Of a stretch of DNA of 64,000 nucleotides, positions 1 to 11,400 are shown one piece after another. This stretch comes from Raillietiella orientalis (Eukaryota), in assembly GCA_036172245.1 (NCBI GenBank), contig JAYWIR010000003.1:124001-188000 (forward strand), in the 5' to 3' direction. A program made the position numbers and the translations under genes. The notes beneath the pieces were generated by a model. The model did not search any database. It saw only the letters and a list, made by a program, of their open reading frames with translations, and was not told where the DNA came from. Each line of letters starts with the position of its first letter. Within the stretch, counting starts at the first letter, position 1.

Positions 1-1622
1 TCCCTTATCCTTTCCTGTTTCCAAGGCAGCACTCTGTATCTCCCCTCCCTTCCTTTCAGCAGCTCTCCGTGCAGCCTTTTCCTGATCATCCCTGCGATGG
101 GAAGTTGGAAATCTTCCCAGAGGAGGAAAGGGGTCCTCTCCCTCCTCCTCGCCTCCATTCCTTCCCTCTGTGTTCTCGGGGGATAGGGTGGGGGAAGTAC
201 CTAGGGAGCCTCGTGTCATCGTTGGCCGCTACACAAAGACGCAGTCCACTCGCACCACCATTCAACTTTCTGCCCAGCGGGAGCCCGGGACGTGGCGACG
301 CTCCTCACCGCATACCCAGAGCGACCGTGTCCATGGCACCGAGTGCAGCCCCCAGAGGACTCTGCTGCTGCAGTATCTTCCCGGGGAGGGGCACGGCAGC
401 TCAGTTTCCCGCCCGTTACGAGAGCTCGCAACGCGCCGCGGAAAAAGATAGAGCGCTGCCGGAGAGAGAGAAACCCAGAGGTCGCTTTCCCGAGCTCCAG
501 ATGATTGGATCGGCTGCTGGGATTGCGGAGGGATGAAGGAAAGAGGAGAAGGAGGAAGGGAGGAGCCCGGGAGCTCATGAGCCCTCAGAGCGGAAACGTC
601 CGCCGTTGTCACAGCGGCGTAGCTTCCGTGGCGATGGGCTGGTGGGAGCGCCGCCCCCGGGTGAGCTTGACCTATCCCTCGCGGCGGGTGCGGCTGCGGT
701 GAAGCGCGTATTCCTGCCCTCAGGGGGAGGAGGGGAAGGAAACGGGTGTTCTTCCTGAGGGTTGGTGCGATCTCGCCACTCCCCGGGCGGCGCGGCACAG
801 GAGGGAAAGTGAGCGTCCCTGGCTTCGATGCGGGGAACGTGACTTCGGGTCGGAGGGGTTTCCCAGAGAGTCCCGATCTGTGCGTCTTCCCAGGAGCCCG
901 TCTGTCTCATCGGGCTCGCTTCCTCCTGCGAATCCCCTGCCATCCTTCCCTGCTGCGGGCTGCTCCTGTCCGGCGCAGCGCACGCCGCTCTAGGATTTGC
1001 AGCACTCCATGCGCCAGCGACCCGGAGCTCGGCTTTGTGAACGCCGGCGCGGATGCTGCGGGAACTCTCCCAACTCGCAACTGGGTGGATGGAAGACGGG
1101 TGGAGGAGCAGGAGGTAAACGAGAGGTCGCCTCCGGGTCGGAAGCATCCAAAGGAAGAGGGAGAGAGGGAACCCTGCTGGCAAGCCTTCCAGCCTCCTCC
1201 GATCCTCTGAGGTTGCGCCTGTCGCTCTGAAGGAAAGTGCCAGGAGGGGTGCGTTTCCAGGCCTGGATCTGGCGTCCCCCTTTCCCTTCCCACGCAGACG
1301 CTGGCTGAGCACGGAGCTCTCTGCCTCTCCTTCAGGGAGGGGCAGAAGCAAGGCCCCCTCTGCGGACGAAGGAGAGGACGGTCTTGGGTCCATCTCCCCC
1401 GGGGGGGATGCACCTACTCTCCACGAGGGTCCCGATGGCAGTCTGACGCCAACGGCTGCACCGCGGGATGCAGTTTCCAGGTTCCCGGAGGGCGACTCCG
1501 GGCAGCGAGAGAACGTCTTCCTCCTGGATTCCCTCCGCGACCCGAAAGGGAAGCGGGAACGAAGATTCCGTGAGTCTGAAGGGGGCGCCCCGCGATGAAG
1601 AGGAGGGAGATGAGGAACACTC

Positions 1623-1628
1623 TTTATT
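1623..1628 (-). promoter_or_regulatory. Candidate polyadenylation signal AATAAA for Slo2
   Basis: TTTATT on the + strand at 1623-1628, ~250-470 nt downstream of the candidate stop codons. Confidence 0.4.
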
Positions 1629-2099
1629 CCTGCTGTCACTTTCCCCTGGCACTGGAAGCTGAAATTTCTCCTAGGGGGAGGAGCGGAGGAGGGGAGGAAG
1701 GGGAATGGGGGGAGATGTGCTTTTTCTGGGATCTTTCTTCCTGGTACCCCTCCTCCTCTCTCTGGCGCAGCAGGAGGAAGGGCGTGTGCTGACCTCCGTG
1801 GTGCAACTTTCCGGGCGCGACCGGTCACCAGCGTGCAGGCGCCGGAATGGGAGAGGGGAAGTCAACGAAGAAGTGGGATTGCTAGGGACGGAGATCCTTG
1901 ACCTTTCCGTGCGGCGCGTCGCCGTGTCGAACGCAGGGGTCCACGGGGCCTGAGAAGGCGATCGCCGGTCTCTGCAGTCTCGGTTCATCAAGTTCGCTCC
2001 GCAATAGCAGAAAAAACAAAATGGCTGATTCTGGGTGGAGGCGGGTGGCTACCGGCCCATCGGGGCCGTCACAGCGAGCTCCCCCCAGTCGAGGGGGGG

Positions 2100-2463
2100 T
2101 CAGCCTATCATCAGCTCGCACGTATCCGGAGGGGTCACCCTTACGTTTATGGATGCCTTCTGGGGAACGGGCAAGGTCACACTGCTGTTTTCCTGCTTCC
2201 CCAGCTTCTCGAAGGAGTTGTGGATGGTCAGCACCGACTTTTCGGCCGCTTTGCCTCCGATCAGGGACGAGGACCGGGACATGCCTCGAATCTTCTTCGG
2301 CCTCGAGTCCCGGGCCGTCGCAGGGGAGGAGGTCGCGTCGACGCATCTGTTGAAGGAGGCGGAGCGCTTGCTCTCCAGGTTGACGCTCATGTTCGACCTC
2401 CGGCGGCTACTGTGCCTCTCGAATGTCTTCTGCGCAGAGAAGGAGCTGGGACGGATGAGGTAT
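2100..2463 (-). CDS. Slo2: Slo2 exon 22 ([31 protein letters not shown])
   Basis: ttccag|A acceptor; YLIRP motif; TGA at 2102-2100. It may instead be spliced to a further exon (see findings). Confidence 0.88.
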
Positions 2464-5400
2464 CTGGAAGGGAGGAAGCGGAAGGGGAGTGGGGGAGAAG
2501 GGGGTCGTTCCCCGGGGGGACGGAGGTGCTCACATGATGTCCCCTTCTTCGAGCTTCATATCACAGTTGGGATTGATCAGGACGTAGCTGAGCCTCGCCC
2601 GCTTCTCCGCGACGTTGTCGTAGTCCTCCAGCGGGAGATTCAAGTACTGCATTCTCATCTTCACCATGTTCGCTATCTCGATCCTCTCCACCATGTCTGA
2701 GTACGTCTCCTGGCACTCGTCCAGCACGTTGACAGAATACTAGCAAAGACACCCACGGTGAACAGATAAACATTAGAAAAGAGAGCTCAGCTCTTTAGAA
2801 CGGGTTACATTTAACTTATGCGAGCACTCCAAGGTGGGAGGCGAGGTGAGGGTTTGGTTGGATATGCGAAGCTCGGCTCCCGCAGCCCGAGGGGACCTGC
2901 AGAGGGGGCGAATCCCTTAGCAGAGCACGCTACATGCAGCCCCGGACCCACCCCTGCCGTCGCGCTGCGTGGGGCTGAGGCGCGCGCGCGCTCAGCACAA
3001 GTCTCTGCGAAGGAGGGGGCGGGGGGGGAACAGGCCGCCAGCGTCCGAGTCGCGTCGGCCGGAGCGGTTCGGATCAGATGGGTGACGGCTGCGGCGAGGA
3101 GATGGAATGGACTGGAGGGCGCGATCCTGGGGAATTCGCGAGCTGGTCCCCAGGACGGTCGCGCTGCTCAGTGAGAGACGCGGGGGAGGAGGACGGAAGC
3201 GCAACGAAATCGCAGATGCGCGCAGGCTTGCCACGCGTCTGCGGACTATGCGCGCAAAGAAGCTCCCTTGGTCCAGGAGGACTGACTTGCTCGGCTCAGC
3301 GGCCACAGGACACAGGGTTGCCGACGACGATACGGAGGCTCCGGGTGCTAACCAGAGAGGAGGCGTTGCTTGAGATGAAGATGCCGGGATACCACAGAAT
3401 CAGTCACGTGCAACACGGGGGTAGGGAGGCACACGCAGAAAGCATGGAGCGCTCTTCTCTTCGAGCGGTTCGCTGCTCATCAGGAGACAAAGAGATTCCC
3501 TATCCGACGTCAGTCTATCTGCTCCTGGCGTGCTCTCGGCCCGCTTCTCAGGAAACAGCCGATCAAGGACGCGAGTGGTCTTCCAGAGCGAATGCGCACA
3601 CCATCGCGCCATGGCTACGACCCGCGGCGGCTCTCGTGCTTTGTGCAACGACGAGTCAAGCGCGCACGGTCCAGCGGAACGCGCCGCCAGCCATCTACCG
3701 GGTCGCCATGCTGATCTCTTTGCTCCGCTTGTTCGGAACGTCATGGCTACGGACCGCTTTCGGAATTCCCTTCCCTTGCGCAATCAAAGGAGCCCCACCA
3801 GGGAAGTGTGTGATTTCCTGTAACACCCCAGAAGGTTCTGGAAGTTGGTCTTGGACACGACGAAGTGATACTGGTATCCGACTTCTTCATCGTTGTCCTG
3901 CGAGAAAAATGCAAAGACTCACTGAGCATTCAACATTTTCGCTCACTTCTCTGCTGCTCCTAACGTTGCGGGTTCTGTATATGCCGATGGGAATCTCGCA
4001 GCTGGTAGAACACAGTTTCTGGTACAAGCGACCGTACGTTCGGATCCACATCTCCTCCTTGGAAATTTTCATCTAAAACAAAGCAACCGCACAGAGGGTA
4101 ACAGAAATGCTTTCTTTTTTCATTTGGTGCAATTCATGAAAAAGATTCAGAAATGCTTTGTAATGCTTTGCGGCATAGTGCTCTGTCGAGGGGTGCATTG
4201 GTGCGCGCGAATCTCTGCCGGAGGATCCATCGTTCCGCAAAGAATAGCAGGAAACATTCAGACCGGGATACAAAAGGTTTTTTTCAGGAATATCTGCTGA
4301 CCTTAAGAGTCCCGTTTTTTTTTTTTCCTTCACGAACAGAAGAATTCATCCCGCTACTAGCGTGCAGTCCAGCACGAAACCCTAGCGAGCGAACAAGACT
4401 CGTCGGTGCAGGAACCTCAGCCCTAATTTTTTTCTGTAGTTTTGGATTTTCTGGGAAAAATCAGGGACTGTCTCAGAGCAGGAAGAGGAAAACGGGCAGC
4501 GGGAACCCTTCGTGAGGAGATGATAATTGAAGAACGGCTCTCAGAGCCGCTTGCGACAAACTTTGAAGTAACGAATTTGCCATCATCTCTCTCTTTCCGC
4601 TCCACTCCTCCCTTCAAAAAAAGGAAAAAGCGCTTTCGCCGCCATTTTCCTCATGCACAATTTCCCGCACCTCCGTCGCGTGCCAGAGATCCACAGCTCC
4701 GAGTGAACTGCGGTGGCCACACGCACTGGGAGTCCACGAGATCTCCCTCGTCTCGTGATCGCGGCGGCATCTTCGGCCATGGCAGAGAGCCGCTGCCGCT
4801 CAGCAGCCAGGTCGCCCTACGGCCTGCGCTTCCGGAGAGACTGAGCGGGGTCTTCCCCACAGCAAAGTCCCCGGTCGTAGGAGAGCGGACGGGCGCTCTC
4901 GTCGATGCACCCGGAAGCTGGGAGGGACGCAACCGCGCCTGGAAGCGGGGAAGGCCACCGGGAGACGTTCCGCAGCCGCTGAGCGAAGAAGCTGAGCAGG
5001 GAGAGGAGGGTGAGCCGGTCCTCGCACGCGCGCGGGGGAGCCAAGCGATCTCCTCCCGGCCAGCAGTAGCAGCTGAAGGGCGGATCCTTTGCGCACGAGG
5101 GAGGCAACGCTCCACTGGGGCTCTCCCAAGGCGAAGGATGGCTCGTGAAGAGGAGCACCGGGAAGACGGGCAGAAAGAGGGTCTCCGGTCAGGCTGTGGC
5201 CCGGCTTGCTTCCAGAAGGGAGGGCGCTGAGGGGCTCTTGGGGGAACTACCTGGCTCCGCCGAGAGAGGCCAGCAGTGGGTGCAGCGCCCATTCTGCAGA
5301 CCTCATTCCTTAAGAAGGGGGAGGGGGGACTCTTCCCGGAGGACTCTTCAGCCGTTCTTGTCCTTTGGAAGTCCTCCTGCGATGGAAGGTCATGTTGCAG

Positions 5401-8400
5401 AGGGAGCCTCTGGGCTTGCGAGGACATTCAAAGGAAGCCCCACGCGTCTCAGGAACGGAACCGAGGGATCCCTTCCCGACCCCTTCCCATCTGTCCTTCC
5501 TCCTCCGTTTCCGCGAGAGAGGTATCCTGAGGAGAGCAGATTCTTTCGTTTCCTTGTCCCTCCCCCCCTGCGACCTCCCTCCTCCCAGGCGTCCTCGGAT
5601 GGCGCGCGGTGCACAGGAAGGATTGAAGAGGAGAGTCGCCTCCCCGCCATTCCCTGGAGGCGATTTCCCGGTGCTTCTCGGAAAAGAAGGAAGAGAGAGC
5701 CACGGGTGGGCAGGTGGCGCGGAGAGGCGCTCGCTCGGCGGCCTCCCCGCTATTCCCCACTCACCCTCCTGGACTCACCGACGTGAGGAACCCCGATCCA
5801 GGGGCCTGGTCCACGCCCAGCAGCAGCCGCACGAAGGTGATGAGGTACTCCTTGACGAAGGCTTGGTACAGGAGGGTGTCCAGCATGCTGGCGCTGAAGA
5901 CGGCTCCAGAAGCGAACGGCAGCCGGAACATGTAGGAAATGTGGGAGCCCCTCTCCTTCTCGCGCTGAGGGCAGGGAGGAGGGGGAGAGTTCCGGGATCC
6001 AATAGGGTGTGTGGAGGGGGGGAGGGAAGGAGGAGAAAAGGAATAAGGCGCCCCCGCACTCCTTCCCGCCGTCTTCCTGCGCATTCCTGGAGGACGCGAG
6101 GGTGCAGAGCACCGGAAGGGGGGAAAAGAGGAGGAAGAGGCAAAAAAGGAGGAGGAGGAGGAGAAGGAGGAAATGCCTTCCTTTTTCCTGGACTCCTTCC
6201 TCAGCAGGAAGAGGGGATTTCAAGTGCGGGGAAGTTCCAGGGGTCCATCCCGCCCGCAGGCTATTTAAGAGGAAAGGGGAGGAAACGTAGGAAGAGAGAG
6301 ATCAAAGAAACGAAGTTTGGTCCCAAGGGAAGCTGAAAATCCCGCAATCTTCCCCGTTTTGGCCGCCGCGCCACCGTTTCGGTGAGATCCCCCTTCCTCC
6401 TGGCCGAAGCTACCGACGTGAAGAACGGAGGGAGAAATGCCCCGTCCCCCGTTCCTGCAGGAAAGGCGGACGAAGCGGAGAGAGAGAAGGCAAGCGGAAG
6501 AAGAGGGAGTGGGGAGGGGTCTGTAAAGGCGCGCGGACAGAGGAGGCGGGGACGGTTGACGGGGAAGGGGGAATCGCTTCCACCCTCGCGGGCGCGCAGG
6601 CCGTCATTGCGCGGGCATGAAGGGGAGAGTGCCTTGCCTGCGACCTCCCCATCCCATCCCCGACCTCCCTTCTCTCCGTTCCCCTTGCCTTGAGGAGCGC
6701 GCGCGCGCCGGTCGCAGCGGGGGTGGTTTCCAGGGGGACGGACCGACCTTCTCCATCTTCGACAGGTGCAGGGCGTAGGTGTCGTCCGGGTTGAACTGCA
6801 TGAACCGCATGTTGGACGACTGGGACAACTCCGTGATGATCCTCACGTTCGGGAACAACCTGGAAAGGGAGACCAGGAGAGGTGAAATCACTCAGCCCTC
6901 AGCCTGGAGGGGGGCGGAGCCGAGGAAGGGTGCCCGCATGTCGGCCTTCCTGAGCATGGACTTCCCTGCCTCAGGGGATGGAAGCGGTCGCCTTCCTGTT
7001 TCCCACCTCTCGCTACTTCCCCTCCACCCCTTTTTATTCCTCCACTTATCGCAGCCCCGTAGGCTGAGAGGGGGAGCTCCATAGGTACATCCGGATGGGT
7101 TGCCAGGGAAACCGCGGAAGCGGGGTGCCGGCGTGCGCCGCAGCTGGCTCCCCAGGCGGCCGAGTCGCTGGAAGCAACGCGAAGGGCCCGCTGTGGGCAA
7201 GATGCAGCGTTTTGCTGACAGACCCGCTTCGGGAGCAAGGAGCTTCGGCTCCGGGAACCGCTTGCCGGAGGTCTCCCGGAGTAACGCGGAACCGCGCGCT
7301 GGAGGGTGTTTGGGAAGCGCGGCTGGCGAAGGAGGGATCCTCTCCCTCTTCTGGACGGTTCCTTCCTCGCTCCCCAGACCCATCCTTGTATCTGGTGGAG
7401 CGTTCTGAGAGATAAGGGGGGGGAAGGAGACGACGGGCAGAAAAAAACTCCCGAGGTCTTCTCGGCTCAGGTTATCCCTCGGTGCCACGGAGGCTATGAG
7501 ACGACGTGTGCCTCCTGCAGATGGACCGATCCCTGTCTATGAGTCCCTTAGGGCTTTCCCCCTCGTCCCCAACGTCTGTCCTCCCCGTCAAAGACTGCCC
7601 TCGACCCGGCTATTGACATCCACCCAGTCTTTCCCACCCCTGGAAGGGGGGAGGGAAGCGAAGGTAGCCAGGGGAGGAACGGTCCTTCCCGTGACCTTGT
7701 CGACGGCGTCGGGAGGAACTTTGGTGTTGCAGACGTAGAGGGGAGTGCGGCTCCCTTCCCTTTCCAGATCCGCCTCCACCCCACTTCCGCCTCCCGCTGA
7801 GGGCAAAAGGTCTCTCACTCTTCCGTTCTATGACTGCGTCTCGGACGACGAGCGCGCCAAGCGTTGAGCTGCACTTTCCTAGGGCGCTCTCGAGGGTGGC
7901 TCTCTGGAACCGCCGCCCCATTGCCCGCCCCCGAAGCAGAAGCATCCTCCCCCGGTTCCCATCACCTGAACGCGGTTTGCACGGCCACGATGGTGTTGCA
8001 GTCCGCCAGAAAGTCCTCTTCGACGGAGTTGGACATCTCCTTGTTGACGACGACCAAGTTCTCCGCCAGGTGGATGCCCGCCTTGAGCAGGTCGTCGATG
8101 CTGAAGGGGGGATGGGGGGAGGGGTCAAGAAGGTCGCGAGGCGGCTGGAGGAAAAAAAGGGGAGGAAAAGGCATTACTTATCGATCGATCCCAGCATCCA
8201 GTAAACGAACGGGAAGTAGCAGATGGAATCCAGGAAGGTGGAGTCGGGCCACTTCTCCAGAAGGAGGACGATGGGGTTCAGGGAGTTGCAGTTGCGGAAG
8301 TGGGCTCTCAGGGGAACGATGAAGTTGTAGATCCCGTTGGACGCGTTGTCTGAGGCCAGGATGATGGCCTTGTTAGGCCAGTTGTAATCCTTGATGCTCG

Positions 8401-11400
8401 TGTGGCACCGGTGCTCGCATCCCTGGGGCGTGGATGGTTGAGAAGGAAGAGGGGTGCCCACCCACTCCGCCTTCCATCCCTCTTCCTCACCTGGGTCAGC
8501 TGCAGGCAGCAGAAAGGTTTCTTATCTTTCAGCAGGTAGCAGAGAGTGGGACTGACGCCAACGTAGGTGGCGACGGGCGGGAAACCCTTGATGATGCTAC
8601 CCGGAAAAGAGCGCGCTAGTTCGTTGCCGTTCGGATGCCCCGGAGGGGTGGAGGGTGGTGGGAGAGGGCTTGCCACACTCACGCCATTTTCTCTTTGGAG
8701 CTCACCAAGGGAGGAGGAGGAGGAGAAAGAGCGTCCGTTGCGAGCAGACAACCCCCTGGGTGGGTTCCGGACCGCCTTCCCGGCGGCCCCGGCACCCCCA
8801 CGAGGAGGCAGTGTGCACGGCGCGCGCGGGGACTAAGCGGCGCCCTCCCTCCTCCTCAGACCTCCTCTTCTCCGCAGTCGCCTCAGGGCGTAGCCCTTTC
8901 CCCGCACGCTCCACAAAGGCGAGCCGACGCCGGGCTGCGGTAGGCGTCCTCTCCATCGCCGTCGCCCGCGGCGTCGCTGTCCCCCACCTCAAGGGGGGGA
9001 GCCACGGCGGCGGCGGCGACGGGCACTCCGTGAAAGGACATTTAGACGAGCCCCGGGACCAGGGTGGAGTGCACCCCACTCACGCCACTTTCTCCTTGGA
9101 GCTGACCCAAGGGATCTCCTCCTCGTCGTCCTCCGGTCCTTTGCAGCAGCCGCCACCGCCGCCGTCTGCCACGCTCTCGGCTGGCTCCGCCGCGCAGCCG
9201 ACGTTGTCCGGCACGGGGAGGATGCTGGGCCGACGGCCCGAGTTCCTCAGCGACCCGCTGCTGTTGTTGGACGGGACGGTCAGCTGGGCGCTCTGCGAGT
9301 GTCCGTCCTCTTTGCACTCCGAGGACGAGAAACCGCTGCCTCCCCGCTGCTCCTGAGGGAAGAGGGAGAAGGAAGACGCGCGCTCTTCCCGAAGCGTCCC
9401 CACCCTTGCTCCTCTCTTCCTCCCTCCCTCCCTCCCTCCCTCCCTGCCGCGCGGAAGGAGGAAGGGAGGGAGGGGAAGAGGGAGTGCGTGAACCCCCAGG
9501 GCACGTGCCGGCTTGCTCCCAAGGGCGCTGTCCGCCGTCAGGACGAAGGCCGAGTTCTCCTCCTTGGTGATGCTCAGGTAGAAGCAGAGATCGGTCTTCT
9601 TCATGATGTGCCGCGGTCCCGGGTTCAGCAGGATGGTATTCTCGTAGTACTCCGGGAGGTCCATGGGCCGGACCCCGACCAGGGCCACGCCGTACCTGCG
9701 TAGAGAAGGGGCAAGGGAGGGAGCGGGCCCCGGCTCATCGCGGTGCACTCCTGGAAGCACCCTGCCCCACCCCGGCTCATCGCGCTTTCTCTTCTCTTCC
9801 CCTCCTCCTTCCCGGATCGTCCTCCGTCCGCAGGGCGCGCACGGGCGGCATCATCGTCGCTCCCCAAACAAGCGGGTCGCGGAGGCGGAGGAGACCCCGG
9901 ATGCCACGTCGCGCCCCTCTCCTTCTTTACCCCTTCGGGAGATTGAACGGTCTCTGCGGCAAGGGAGGTCTTCGGGGAGGAGGAAAGGCGAAGAAGAAGG
10001 GCGTCGCGCTTGGCCGGTCTCTCCCCGGAAGGGAAAGCGCCCCAGAAAGACCCTACTTACTTTCTGTGGGAGTGGAAGCTGGCGTAGGTGAAGCTCTTCC
10101 CGTCGTACTCCCCGAAGAACCGGGACTCCCCCAGCAGGATGTGGTAGATCTCGTTGCCCGAGCACTTGCCGTACACCCTCTGCCATTCCTCCTTGGAGGT
10201 GTTGCCCTCCCTGCGACCCGGGAACGGTGTCCGTTGCGGCGGCGGCGCCCGAGAGAGCGCCGCTCTTTCGCCCTTACTGTCCTCGGGAGGTGTGCAGGAG
10301 TAGTGTGACCAGGCTACTGGCGCCAGGAACCAGGCAGTTGTTCGCCAGCAGCGCGTACTTGAACTCGTCCTCGCAGACCACGTGCTCAGCGAACTTGACG
10401 TGCAGCTTGTTCTCCGGCCGGAAGATCTGGACGTACTGGGGCACGGCGGGCGCGAAGTCCTTCACGGCCCACGACCGCAGGATGGTGTGCTCGTCCTGCA
10501 ACAGAAGGGGGCGCTTCGAGTACCCTCTGCAAGCAGGGAGGGCGCCTTCGCCCCAAACCGCGCGAGGCGAGCGTGGCCGTCCCTGCAGGAAGCGGTGGAG
10601 CGCAGCCTGGTGCGTGACAGCTAATGCTCGGCGGCGGCCCGCTGTTCCCGTGGAAACACACCAGGTTCGCAAGCAGCAGTAGCAGTGGCAGCTCTATTAC
10701 AGGTGTCTGCAGCCGTCAAAGGGGAGTGCTGCAGCCCAGGGCAGGACTTCGCCAGGGTGAAGGGATGCCACCACCAGCGGTGGTACCCTCGCGACCCTCA
10801 AGCCGCCCCTCCCGAGCGCTTCTTTCCCATGGACGCGACAGCTGACTTCCTTTCCGGGAGAAAGGAGGGCCGATGAGCCCCATGGGGAAACCGCCGCCCT
10901 CGAGGACGCGCGACGCTTTCCCGGCACCTAACTCGATGTGTGCGGAAACGCGGGAAGAGTGTTCCCTGCACCCCTGGGGAAAAAAAGGGACGCCTGCCGT
11001 CCTTTCCTGCAACCGGCCATCCCTCGGAGCGGATCGGCGCAGACGGCTGGCAGCGCTGGCGCGGGAGAGATCGCGCCGAGCGCTTCGATGGCGCGTCCGT
11101 GTCTCTGGGTCCAAGGTGACGCGAAAGGGTGTGGCCGCCTCAGTGCAGGTTGAGCGCGTTGCCAAGCGACCAGAACCCTCGGGGGTTCTGGGCGCCGTCA
11201 CGGAGTGGAGGAAGGGAGAGGCGAGGTTGGGAGTGGCAGCAGCAGTCGCTGCTCCCTGTGGCACCTGAACCCCTGTGCGAGGAAAGCAGCCGACGTTGTT
11301 CTGAGTTCTTCGAGAGCAGGGCCCGGGCACGGGAAGCGGCGCGCTAGCCCGCTCGCTCGCCTCCTGTGCGCAGGCGCGGGCTGTGGCCACGCCGGCGGAT

